Source of the DNA: a virus | IMG/VR virus record: IMGVR_UViG_3300044259_000094 | Location: 31,734 to 95,733 of that record | Strand: one strand, 5' to 3' | DNA length: 64,000 bases | Part shown: piece by piece, positions 1-8,909 of the stretch | Position numbering within the stretch: position 1 is the stretch's first letter | Layout of the letters: every line of letters starts with the position of its first letter | Made by a program: the position numbers and the translations under genes | The notes under the pieces: model-generated | Database searches by the model: none | Told to the model about the DNA's origin: nothing | The model's input: the letters and a program-made list of their open reading frames with translations, nothing else

Positions 1-3
1 CGA

Positions 4-225
4 TCATTGCTGGTTCTCCAGATTGCATACACGCTCGTGCAGAGCGTTGTCGGCCGCATTAACGACCGAAGAAAGGGTCGCAACAGAGGTATTCAGCGAG
101 TCGATGCTGACCTTGAAACGACTGTTCTCGGCCTTGAGCGATTCGATTGCCGCGTGCAGCTTGATTTGCTGCCCGGCGAGCCAAATGACCGATATGGCAA
201 TAGCGATGACAAGCAGTGTAGCCAT
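4..225 (-). CDS. small membrane-anchored coiled-coil hypothetical protein
   Basis: 73 aa; hydrophobic N-terminus then heptad-like region; start overlaps the upstream stop by 1 nt. Confidence 0.6.
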   Translation of the reverse strand: MATLLVIAIAISVIWLAGQQIKLHAAIESLKAENSRFKVSIDSLNTSVATLSSVVNAADNALHERVCNLENQQ

Positions 226-1433
226 TACTTGCTCTCCAGTTGGGACAGAGCGCGCTCGCCGGCATGTTCTTTCATGCGAAGTTCACCCTGCTTCTCCAGG
301 CGAAGGTCTGCACCTACCTGAATCAGCATGTCCTTACGGTGACGGAAGCTGTCCGCCGCAGATGCAACCATCGAGGCGATTGCTTTCGCTTCGTGGGCAC
401 GTTCTTGTGCAGCTTGGTAGCTGCTGTCCTGGATGACCAGCGCGTCGATGGACTTCTCGGTGAACTTGGTACCGGATGCAATCATCGCATCGCGGAACTT
501 CTGGTTCAGCTGCGCTTCCAGAAGGTCGACTTGCTGCTTGGCACGGTCGGACTGATAGGTAGCATCGGCCGACAGGCGAGCGTAGTGGGCAAACAGCGCC
601 GCTTGACGGGTCATGCCGTCGTTGATGGTTGCTTCGGTGAAGTGCAGGTCACGCTGCAACTGATCGGCGTCGATGAAGGTGTTCAGAGCACCGGCTTTAC
701 GACCGGCTGCACCGACCGGAGTTACAGCTACCGGCTTGCTTGGTGCGGAAACGACTGGCGCTGGAGCAGGTTCAACTTCGACGGTAGCGAGCAGAGCTGC
801 CAGCTCGTCTTCATCGGACTTCGCAGAGCCGCTGTTGATCACCCGCTCGGCCGTCTCGACAGTTTCGACCAGCTCAGCCAGCTCGGCGTCGGTTACGTCT
901 TCGACAGTGCGGGGCTTTGCTTCGTCAGGCTCGAACGGCTTGTCAGCCAGCTTGTCATGCTCTTGCTTGCGGACCAGGAGACCCAGCATCTGCTGATGCA
1001 CCGAGTCGATGTCGGACGTATCGTCGATCTGGGCGATGACAGGCGCTACCACATTGGTAACCAATTCTTCGGTCATGGCGAACTTGATTGCCAGCGAGCC
1101 GATCAGGTCGATCACTTCGACAGCGAAGGCTTCGAGTTCGGCCGCGTTCATCGCTGCCTTCGAAGTTGCAGGTGCAACAACTGGCGCCGAGTCCAGATCT
1201 TCCAGACCGGCCAGGTCATCTTCGGTTACGACTGCTTGAACCGCCGGCGCTTGAGTAGCGACAGGCTCGTCGAAGTCTTTCAGCGGCTTGAGGTTACGCT
1301 TGCGAACAGGCTTTGCAGAAGCTGGTGCTGCAGCTACAGGCGCATCCAGTTCTTCGAGTGCCGCAAGGTCGTCGTTGTCCAAGCCGGCGAGCATCGCTTC
1401 CAGCTCGTCAATGTCGTTCACTTCTTTTGCCAT
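225..1433 (-). CDS. acidic low-complexity N-terminus plus UvsY-like (recombination mediator-like) C-terminal domain
   Basis: Likely start MAKEV at 1433, downstream of a promoter motif. C-terminal ~130 aa (DLHFTEATINDGMTRQAALFAHY...FTEKSIDALVIQDSSY...SFRHRKDML) resembles UvsY-type helical proteins. Confidence 0.5.
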   Translation of the reverse strand: MAKEVNDIDELEAMLAGLDNDDLAALEELDAPVAAAPASAKPVRKRNLKPLKDFDEPVATQAPAVQAVVTEDDLAGLEDLDSAPVVAPATSKAAMNAAELEAFAVEVIDLIGSLAIKFAMTEELVTNVVAPVIAQIDDTSDIDSVHQQMLGLLVRKQEHDKLADKPFEPDEAKPRTVEDVTDAELAELVETVETAERVINSGSAKSDEDELAALLATVEVEPAPAPVVSAPSKPVAVTPVGAAGRKAGALNTFIDADQLQRDLHFTEATINDGMTRQAALFAHYARLSADATYQSDRAKQQVDLLEAQLNQKFRDAMIASGTKFTEKSIDALVIQDSSYQAAQERAHEAKAIASMVASAADSFRHRKDMLIQVGADLRLEKQGELRMKEHAGERALSQLESK

Positions 1434-1472
1434 TTGGGTTGTCTCGCTGTTTATGTGAGTGAGTCGAGCGCT

Positions 1473-1508
1473 ATTAAAGCACTCGCTCACAGGGTTTACG
1501 CGGGGTTT
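1473..1508 (-). promoter_or_regulatory. putative phage-specific promoter (AAACCC-N8-CCC-N13-TTTAAT)
   Basis: Same spacing recurs at four other intergenic sites; -10-like hexamer lies inside an inverted repeat. Confidence 0.5.
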
Positions 1509-1509
1509 G

Positions 1510-4500
1510 TTAGCTGAAAATGTCAGCTACCTGCTGAAACACTTGGTCGAGCAGGGCTTGTTTGGACCCGTCGAAGCAAATCATAGCCGGGTTGAAGCCG
1601 GATACAACCGTGCAGTCGGACTTTGGATCGAAGAAGGACTTGCCACAGTTGTCCTCCCAGCCACCCTTGATATCCGGGACGAGCTGTCTTACAGATTTGC
1701 TACCCAGAGCTACGATCACCGGTGGTTTCAGAAGGGCAATCTCCCGCTCAAGGAACTTGCCACAACCGTTCGCAGTGACGTTGGTAATCTCCTCGTCTTT
1801 CAGCTTGCGGGCTTTGATGTAGCTGGTCACATAGACTTCGGACATCTTGAGACCTGCTTTGGTCAGGGACGCCTTGATGAAGTTCGCGGTGTCACCCACC
1901 ATCATCTGACCCTTCTCTTCCTCTTTGTAGGATGGGCCATCCACGACGATCATGACTTTGGGTTTCTTACCCAGGACTGGTTGAGGGTGGTTGCGACCAA
2001 TGAACGGACACCCGTCACAACCCTTGTAGGTCTGGTAGTCCTCAACGATCTGAACCAGCTCAGCACTCACAGCGCCGGTGACATCGATCACCCGTTCGGC
2101 TTTGACGTTGCTAACCACAATCCCGGGTAGCAGCTCCTTCTGGTCACGCAACCGATCTGGGTGACGGCTATCAAGTTGCCCGGGTTCGATCTTGCTGAAT
2201 GCACCGATCTTGTCGAGTTTCTCCTGTGCGGTCTTGTTGCACGCACGACGGTCGACCTCAAGAATCATTTCGGCCTTGTTCTTGAAACCACGACCAAGCT
2301 TCTTGCGTGCAGCCAGAATAGCTGCGGCCGACTTCTCAGACAGACCCTTCACAGACTGGAACGGTGCATAGAGGATCTTCTGACCCCGTGCGCTATCGAA
2401 ACCAATCTCATAGCGGTCAGAGCTATGGTTGATATCAGGAGGGACGATGTAGATGTCACTGGCTTGAGCGTCTTTGGCAAGACCAGGCAGCTTCTGCTCA
2501 TCCAGAATCGACAGACAGGCTGCATAGAACGCTTCTGGGTAGTACACCTTCACCCACATGGTCATGTAGCTGATCAGGGTGTACGCCACAGAGTGAGACT
2601 TGTTGAAGCCATAGCCGGCGAACTTCTCGATCTGCTCGAAGATGAAGGTCGCGGTCGCATGATCCAGCCCGGACGTAGCGATACAGCCGTCAACGAACTT
2701 GTCGCGTTGCTCAGCCATCTTCACCGGGTCTTTCTTACCCATGATCTTTCGCAGGCCGTCTGCTTCTGGGAAGGTGTAACCCGCAAGGTCACGGGAAATC
2801 TGCATGACCTGTTCCTGATAGACCATGACGGACATCGTAGGCTCAAGCGCAGCTTTCATGTTCGGGTGAAGATACTCGGGTTCCTGGAACTCCTTCTTGA
2901 TGGCGACGTACATTTCCATCAGACCCGCTTGCATTGGACCCGGGCGATACAGAGCTGTTGCGGCTACACAGTCCTCGAATGTCAACGTACCGGTTGATCC
3001 AAGCTCCTTGAGAAGCTTCCGCATACCGCCGGATTCAAACTGGAATACGCCGTAGGTCTTAGCCTCTGCGAACGCCTGCAAAACCTTCTTGTCATCAAGA
3101 GGCAACCTGGTGAAGTCTACAGACACGCCAGAGCTTTCGTGGATGTAGTCTTTGCAGAGACGGAGAATGTCCAAGTTGGACAGACCCAGTACGTCGAGCT
3201 TGATCAAGCCAAAGTCTTCCACGACCCGCTTGTCCCAGTTGACGATACCCACACCTTGTCTGTTGTTGACTACGCCACGATGGACGATCTTGTCGCCGGC
3301 TACAACGACACCAGCTGCGTGCTTGGCAAAGTTCTTGAACGTACCTTGCAGACCCACAGACGTTGCCCAGACTTGAGGATGGTTGAGCGCAAGCTTCTCA
3401 AGCTCCGGGACATACGCGACCGCTTTCTCAAGCGGAACAGGTACACCAGATTCTTTGGGCACCAGCTTGGAACAATCGTACTCGCTCTCATGCAGGCCAT
3501 ACGCTTTGCCCACCGCTTGAATCGCACCAGCGCCAGCAAGGGTGTTGTAGTTGGCGATCTGGACAACGTGATCGTTGCCGAACTTGCTTACAAGGTGGTC
3601 AACGATATCCTGGCGTCGGCTGGACATGAAGTCCAAGTCAACGTCTGGCAAGTCGATACGTTCCGGGTTGATGAAACGTTCGAAAATCAGGTTGAAGCGG
3701 ATCGGGTCAACGTCAGTGATGCCCATGAGATACGCGACAAGGCTACCGCCGACAGAACCACGACCCGGGCCTACCATGATTTCGTTTGTCTTCGACCAGT
3801 TCACGACATAGTGAACCAACTGGAAGTAGGCTTCGAACTTCATCTTCTGGAGGATGGACAGCTCGTACTTGAGACGGTCTTGATACTTCGGCAGATCAGC
3901 AGACGCCGGCTTGTAGCCGAAGACTTCCGTACCCAGGCGATCCTTCCAGCCTTGCTTACAGATGGCTACGATATCTGCCATTGGTGTAGCGGACATCGTA
4001 GGGAGACTGGGCTCAAGTTTCTTCCATTGGTACGGATGATCCTTGAAGTAGTCGTTGGTCTTCGCCAAAGCATCGTTGAGCCACTCAGTAACGTTGTCAC
4101 CGTCGGCTCCGTCATCCACGCGATTGCAGATCCGGTCGACAGTCTTCGCTACTTGGTCGAGCCACTCAGCTTGCTCCAAGACATAGAGGTCTTCTGGAGG
4201 TTCACGCCGCCACATGCTGTCTGCTTTGTCGTGGGACAGGATCGAGTTCATCGTCGACCGGAAGCTGGACTCGCCTTTCTGATTGAGGGTCGGTCGAGTG
4301 ACGATAGCTTTGATGCCCCGTTCCTCGAATGCTTTGTAGCTCTGCGCATTGTGCGCGTCGTAATACATTGAGTTGACTGGGACGACTTCTGCGAGCACTT
4401 GTGACACGTCCAAATGATCGCACAGCATGTCTAGTAACTTATCTTTGTCTCGCAGCGTAAACGCGCTGTAAGCGCTTCCCAGAGTCATCGTCAGGTTGCC

Positions 4501-4908
4501 CCGAGACACGAACTCGATCAGCTCTTCGCGGCTGATTTGTGCGCGTGCAGGCTTGGTGCAGTAGTGGTCTTCCTGCTGTGCGAGGGTCATGAGTTCACAC
4601 AGGTCACGGAAGCCTTGTTCGTTGCGGACAAACAAGGTCGTGACGAACACCGGGTTGGGCTTGCGTTTCGGCTCACCACGCTTGGCTGCTACCCAGGTGA
4701 GGTCTTCGACCACAGCCATTTGCACGCCCAGTCCGATACGCAGGGTCTTTGCCTTGCTCATGAGAATGGGCATGGCGTCGATCGACTCAACGTCCGTTAC
4801 CACTAAGCCATCATACCCAGCAAGCTCAGCCTTTTTGACTAGAGCTTCTGGGTCATAGATGCTTTCGCCAAGACTGAAATGTGTCTTGGCTCCTAGCAGG
4901 TTATTCAT
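1510..4908 (-). CDS. dnaE: DNA polymerase III alpha subunit (family C) with C-terminal family-4 UDG-like domain
   Basis: GPGRGSVGGSLVAY, DLPDVDLDF, KLDVLGL, GVFQFES, ALYRPGP, YGFNKSHS motifs; degenerate PHP domain; C-terminal CDGC...VDGPS...LEREIALLKPPVIVALG...NPA. Confidence 0.95.
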   Translation of the reverse strand: MNNLLGAKTHFSLGESIYDPEALVKKAELAGYDGLVVTDVESIDAMPILMSKAKTLRIGLGVQMAVVEDLTWVAAKRGEPKRKPNPVFVTTLFVRNEQGFRDLCELMTLAQQEDHYCTKPARAQISREELIEFVSRGNLTMTLGSAYSAFTLRDKDKLLDMLCDHLDVSQVLAEVVPVNSMYYDAHNAQSYKAFEERGIKAIVTRPTLNQKGESSFRSTMNSILSHDKADSMWRREPPEDLYVLEQAEWLDQVAKTVDRICNRVDDGADGDNVTEWLNDALAKTNDYFKDHPYQWKKLEPSLPTMSATPMADIVAICKQGWKDRLGTEVFGYKPASADLPKYQDRLKYELSILQKMKFEAYFQLVHYVVNWSKTNEIMVGPGRGSVGGSLVAYLMGITDVDPIRFNLIFERFINPERIDLPDVDLDFMSSRRQDIVDHLVSKFGNDHVVQIANYNTLAGAGAIQAVGKAYGLHESEYDCSKLVPKESGVPVPLEKAVAYVPELEKLALNHPQVWATSVGLQGTFKNFAKHAAGVVVAGDKIVHRGVVNNRQGVGIVNWDKRVVEDFGLIKLDVLGLSNLDILRLCKDYIHESSGVSVDFTRLPLDDKKVLQAFAEAKTYGVFQFESGGMRKLLKELGSTGTLTFEDCVAATALYRPGPMQAGLMEMYVAIKKEFQEPEYLHPNMKAALEPTMSVMVYQEQVMQISRDLAGYTFPEADGLRKIMGKKDPVKMAEQRDKFVDGCIATSGLDHATATFIFEQIEKFAGYGFNKSHSVAYTLISYMTMWVKVYYPEAFYAACLSILDEQKLPGLAKDAQASDIYIVPPDINHSSDRYEIGFDSARGQKILYAPFQSVKGLSEKSAAAILAARKKLGRGFKNKAEMILEVDRRACNKTAQEKLDKIGAFSKIEPGQLDSRHPDRLRDQKELLPGIVVSNVKAERVIDVTGAVSAELVQIVEDYQTYKGCDGCPFIGRNHPQPVLGKKPKVMIVVDGPSYKEEEKGQMMVGDTANFIKASLTKAGLKMSEVYVTSYIKARKLKDEEITNVTANGCGKFLEREIALLKPPVIVALGSKSVRQLVPDIKGGWEDNCGKSFFDPKSDCTVVSGFNPAMICFDGSKQALLDQVFQQVADIFS

Positions 4909-4910
4909 GG

Positions 4911-5342
4911 TCAGTACCTTAGTAAGATCCTTCCACCTTCCACACTGGCAAGGTTGTTTGTTAACAGCACACCGACGGTTTCTTTTGCCGTCTGCACAGC
5001 CTCATCCTTTTGCCATTTCAGCTTTTGCATGAGGGTTTGAACGAGAACACCCGGCGTGGGGCTCTCCAACGTCATCAGAATCCCAACAGCTTTTTGCTGT
5101 CGAGAGTTCATTGTAGCGACGATGCGCTCGGTAGAGTCAGGTAGTCGCTTCTGTGCCTTCTGTGACGCGCTGTGAGACATTTTCAGCACCGAGTCGACGC
5201 TCACCATTGCTCTGAGTTCCTCGATGCGCTGTAGCGCTGCCAGAGCGCATGACTGGCTCTCGTCACACTTGGCACATGCAGGCGACTTGTTGCTGTAGGT
5301 GATGGCGTTGCCGTAGCAACCGGGTTTGTCGTACATCGCCAA
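4911..5342 (-). CDS. hypothetical protein, Cys-rich N-terminus, possible winged-helix C-terminus
   Basis: PGCYG...CAKC...C; AGGAG RBS upstream. Confidence 0.65.
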   Translation of the reverse strand: MAMYDKPGCYGNAITYSNKSPACAKCDESQSCALAALQRIEELRAMVSVDSVLKMSHSASQKAQKRLPDSTERIVATMNSRQQKAVGILMTLESPTPGVLVQTLMQKLKWQKDEAVQTAKETVGVLLTNNLASVEGGRILLRY

Positions 5343-5359
5343 CTCCTTTCTTTGGAAAC

Positions 5360-5386
5360 AAAAAAGCAGGTCCGAAGACCTGCTTT
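5360..5386 (-). terminator. intrinsic terminator
   Basis: minus strand AAAGCAGGTC-TTCG-GACCTGC-TTTTTT. Confidence 0.85.
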
Positions 5387-5405
5387 CGCTAACGAGCTAC
5401 CGATA

Positions 5406-6653
5406 TTAGCTCAGGATACGCTTCGCAACACCCAGTGCTGCTTCTTTTTCTGCTTCTGGCAGACGGTTGCAGTAGGCGTACATCGCGCCTTCTACGAAGT
5501 CCGCTTTCATCATGCCGATGCGAGCGATGTTGATGGCAACACGCGGGCCGATGGTCAGCGACACGATGTTCGGGAACGACTTGTGACGAATCTCGTCGGC
5601 GAACTGACGGATCTTCTTCGCGTCGGCCTCGTTCAGACCAGTCGCAGCAGCGATCATGGCGATTTCTTGCTTCTCTGGTGGGTAGTCCACCATCGCTACG
5701 ACACCGAAGCGTTCGATGGTCGCGGCGTCCTGGGTCAGCGTTGCTTGGTACAGACCGGACTGGTCACCAGTACCGTTCGTGTTACCAGTAGCAGCGAACG
5801 TGAACAGCGGGTGAGGCTTGATGACACGCAGGTGCGGCGGAGCGTTCTTGATGATCAGCGGCTCACCTTCGAGAATCGCCTGGTAGGCCGACAGGACAGT
5901 CGGAGACGAACGATCGATTTCGTCAGCGAGGTAGGTCCAGCCGTTCAGCATCGCAGTAGGCAGTGGGCCGAGTTCGAATTCGGTCACCGATACAGCGTTG
6001 CCGTCCGGGTTAACGTGAGGCTTGACGACCCACTGACCGACGATGTGGCTTTCTTCGGTATCGACAGTGTGCTGGAAGCGGAACAGACGACGATTCAAAC
6101 CGGCGCACATTTGCTTGAAGATCGAGGACTTGCCCACACCCGAGTGGCCGAACAGGAAGATCGGGGTACGCAGTTCCATCGCCATCATGACGGTCTTCGT
6201 CAGATCAGGGTTCAGGATGTAGTTGTCGCTCCAGGCCGGGATCATGTGACCGTAATCACCGGAAGCAGGACGAGCGTCAGCGGTGCAAGGAATGCCCTGG
6301 CCCGACTTGGTGTACGCAGACTTCGTGCTTTTCGGGAAGCGGAAGGCTTCGTGGAAGAACACTTTGGTCAGGTCAGGGTTGCCGGTCTGAGCAGGCTTGG
6401 CGCCTTCGGCCGGTGCATTCGCAGCGACTGCGGATTCTTCCGCTTCACGCTTGGCTTTCATTTCGGCCATCTTCTTCTTGGCCGTTTCGGACAGCAGCTC
6501 AGGGCTCTTGCCATCTTCGGTGGCGTAAGTGCTGATGTAGGTTTCCAGATCCATCGGCTGAGCAGAGTCCTCGCCGTGCGCGGTTTTCAGGTGGTTCGCG
6601 ATGCTGTGTACTTCTTCACCGCAGATCAGGCACTTGATTTTGTCGTTGCTCAC
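5406..6653 (-). CDS. CobS-like MoxR-class AAA+ ATPase with N-terminal C2H2 zinc finger
   Basis: CLIC...HLKTAH; Walker A GHSGVGKS; Walker B YLADEIDR; ATGNTNG; DAATIERF. Confidence 0.9.
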   Translation of the reverse strand: MSNDKIKCLICGEEVHSIANHLKTAHGEDSAQPMDLETYISTYATEDGKSPELLSETAKKKMAEMKAKREAEESAVAANAPAEGAKPAQTGNPDLTKVFFHEAFRFPKSTKSAYTKSGQGIPCTADARPASGDYGHMIPAWSDNYILNPDLTKTVMMAMELRTPIFLFGHSGVGKSSIFKQMCAGLNRRLFRFQHTVDTEESHIVGQWVVKPHVNPDGNAVSVTEFELGPLPTAMLNGWTYLADEIDRSSPTVLSAYQAILEGEPLIIKNAPPHLRVIKPHPLFTFAATGNTNGTGDQSGLYQATLTQDAATIERFGVVAMVDYPPEKQEIAMIAAATGLNEADAKKIRQFADEIRHKSFPNIVSLTIGPRVAINIARIGMMKADFVEGAMYAYCNRLPEAEKEAALGVAKRILS

Positions 6654-6709
6654 AGGTTGTATCCTTGTTTACGTTAATTTGTACTGCGTTGTTTTGTTTC
6701 AGTGAGCGC

Positions 6710-6745
6710 ATTTTGTACGCTCACTGATGGGCGTTCAATGGGTTT
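6710..6745 (-). promoter_or_regulatory. putative phage-specific promoter (AAACCC-N8-CCC-N13-CAAAAT)
   Basis: Motif match; -10 sits in the loop of the 10-bp inverted repeat TCAGTGAGCG/CGCTCACTGA (6699-6727). Confidence 0.5.
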
Positions 6746-8811
6746 TAGCTGGCCAGCAGCGCGTCCCGGAGTTGCTTGAGGACGATGCCCGGCAGGTCCG
6801 CAACGTTGTCCAGCTTCACGTTTTTACGGTAGAAGTGCTGAACGGAGTTGGACATGATGCCGACGCCAACAATGTTGGTGCCGTCCTTCTCGATACGCTG
6901 GACGACCTTCTTCAAGTGGGCATTCAGCTTGCGGCCATCTACACCACCCGCCGGCTGACCGTCACTGAATACAATCATCATCTTGCCTTTCTTCTTGCCC
7001 TTGTTGGCATGTCGGCACAAGGACTCGTAGGCATACTGCACCGATTCGCCGTCGATGTTCGATGCCATCGAGGACTGGACGTGTGCATACGACGCCATAC
7101 GCTTCTTGACCTCGATGGAGAACTTCTCCTGGAAGGTCTTGAACATCGGCAGCATGAGAGGCTCACAGCGGTCGAAGTGTTTGCCGGCGTTGTAAGCGTC
7201 CTGCATTTCGCGATACAGGTCTTGCGAGCGATTACTGCCGAGATAACCGGTAGTGAAGCCCATGATTTCGCAATCAACACCCAGGCGGCCGAGTACGTCT
7301 GCAAGCACCCACGCAGCGCACATTGCGGTGTGGATCTTCGAACCGCCCATCGAACCCGAACAGTCGATCACCAACGACACTGCGATTTCGCGGGTCTTGT
7401 GTTCGATCTTATTCTTGTAGATATGATCGTCGCCGGCGGTCAGACGATACAGGTTGTTCGAGGACAGCTTGCCCTTGCGCAGACCCTGCTGGGTGAGCGA
7501 CTTGTTCCGGGCTGCGAACGCACGTTCGAGTTGGCGTGCAACCGGGCCAACCATACCAGCGATGGAGTTTTCGAGGTCGTCCATCCACTTGGGACTGTAG
7601 GACGATGGGATTTTTGGCGGTTCGAGAATGTCCCACTCACGGGTGAACACCGTGTATTCCTCGTCTTCCATTTCGGTAGAGCAGAGGTCAGACACGTATT
7701 GACCGAACTCGGTGCCGATATCCTGCACCTTGTCCCAGTCAAAGTTCTTCATGTAGTTGGCGCCACCGTATTCGGACTGAGCCGATTCGGTGTCTTCGGT
7801 CGCTTTGTCGCGCTCGCTTTGCTTGGACTGACCGTCAGCACCTACAGCGGCGTCTTCTTTGCGAGGGTCTTTGTCGCCGGCTTCGTCTTCGGACTCGTCG
7901 CCTTCGTCGTCGCCGTCAGCAGCGTCGTCGGCTTCATCGTCCTCTTCCGCTTCTTCGTCACCAGGCGCACCGCCACCACCAGCTTCGTCTTCTTCCTCTT
8001 CTTCCTCTTCGCCTTCGAGGTCGCCGGCACCTTTACCCTTGTTCGCTTCGGGCTTACCGCCACCGCCCTTACCCTTGCTTTTACCGCCACCGCCACCCCC
8101 GCCACCTTTGCCTTTCTTGCTAGGGTCTTCGTCACCGTAAGGGTTGTCGCCATCACCTTCTGGCGGCTCACCCATTACGATGTTGCGAATTTCCTTCGCC
8201 ATGTCGTAGCAGTCGGACGCTTTGGTCATGGACTGCATCTTCTTCTGGATAGGCTCCAGCTGTTTCTGAATGCCGGCGATCAGCGACCACTTGTCGCTCA
8301 TGTAATCCTGGAAGAACTTCTGACCGCCCCAGGCACGCAGCGCAGGCACTGCGAGAACTTGGAACAGCTCTTGCTCTTCCGCGCCGTTTGCGAGCGCTTC
8401 TTTCAAGCGAGGCGTGATGAACTTGTCCACGAAGGTCTGGTGCATGTTCGCCAGGTTATGACGAGAGCCAGAGAAGTTCTTCACCATTTCCTTCTCGCAG
8501 AAGAAGGATTCGAGCGGGTTGTACAGAGAAGCCATGTTCTCGTGCGCCGCTCGCAAGTTGGACTTGCCGTCAGCGTACAGAACTTTGGAGATTTCGCTGT
8601 CAAGGAAGCCCTGTACCGCTTCGATCAGCTCTTCGCTGGCATCGTCAGGGATCATAGGCAAGTTGACGCGAGTGGCCTTCATGGTGCGTTCGTCGTACTT
8701 GACGAAGGCTTTGACGCCGGACTGGGTTACGAGAACTTTGCCATCAGAGAGGATCTGAGCAATCTTGGTGATTGCCTCCCTCATGATGACGATGCGTTGA
8801 GTGCGATCCAT
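6745..8811 (-). CDS. CobT-like protein with acidic/Gly linker and C-terminal vWA domain
   Basis: MIDAS DCSGS, IVFSDGQP, NIDGES; long E/D/G-rich linker; adjacent to the CobS-like ATPase. Confidence 0.9.
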   Translation of the reverse strand: MDRTQRIVIMREAITKIAQILSDGKVLVTQSGVKAFVKYDERTMKATRVNLPMIPDDASEELIEAVQGFLDSEISKVLYADGKSNLRAAHENMASLYNPLESFFCEKEMVKNFSGSRHNLANMHQTFVDKFITPRLKEALANGAEEQELFQVLAVPALRAWGGQKFFQDYMSDKWSLIAGIQKQLEPIQKKMQSMTKASDCYDMAKEIRNIVMGEPPEGDGDNPYGDEDPSKKGKGGGGGGGGKSKGKGGGGKPEANKGKGAGDLEGEEEEEEEDEAGGGGAPGDEEAEEDDEADDAADGDDEGDESEDEAGDKDPRKEDAAVGADGQSKQSERDKATEDTESAQSEYGGANYMKNFDWDKVQDIGTEFGQYVSDLCSTEMEDEEYTVFTREWDILEPPKIPSSYSPKWMDDLENSIAGMVGPVARQLERAFAARNKSLTQQGLRKGKLSSNNLYRLTAGDDHIYKNKIEHKTREIAVSLVIDCSGSMGGSKIHTAMCAAWVLADVLGRLGVDCEIMGFTTGYLGSNRSQDLYREMQDAYNAGKHFDRCEPLMLPMFKTFQEKFSIEVKKRMASYAHVQSSMASNIDGESVQYAYESLCRHANKGKKKGKMMIVFSDGQPAGGVDGRKLNAHLKKVVQRIEKDGTNIVGVGIMSNSVQHFYRKNVKLDNVADLPGIVLKQLRDALLAS

Positions 8812-8870
8812 GTTTCCAACCTGTGTTAATGGACTGTTAGTTGCGCTTTGCTACTGCGCACATTATGCAG

Positions 8871-8900
8871 AAATGAAACTGGGAGCTTTCGGCTCCCAGT
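8871..8900 (-). terminator. probable intrinsic terminator
   Basis: ACTGGGAGC-CGAAA-GCTCCCAGT followed by TTCATTT, just after the ligase stop. Confidence 0.65.
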
Positions 8901-8909
8901 GAGGTAGTT

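Noticed and set aside
1510-4908. Intein or intron in DnaE (also checked DnaB and TerL)
   Set aside because: Conserved motifs are contiguous, lengths are ordinary and no intein splice motifs were seen
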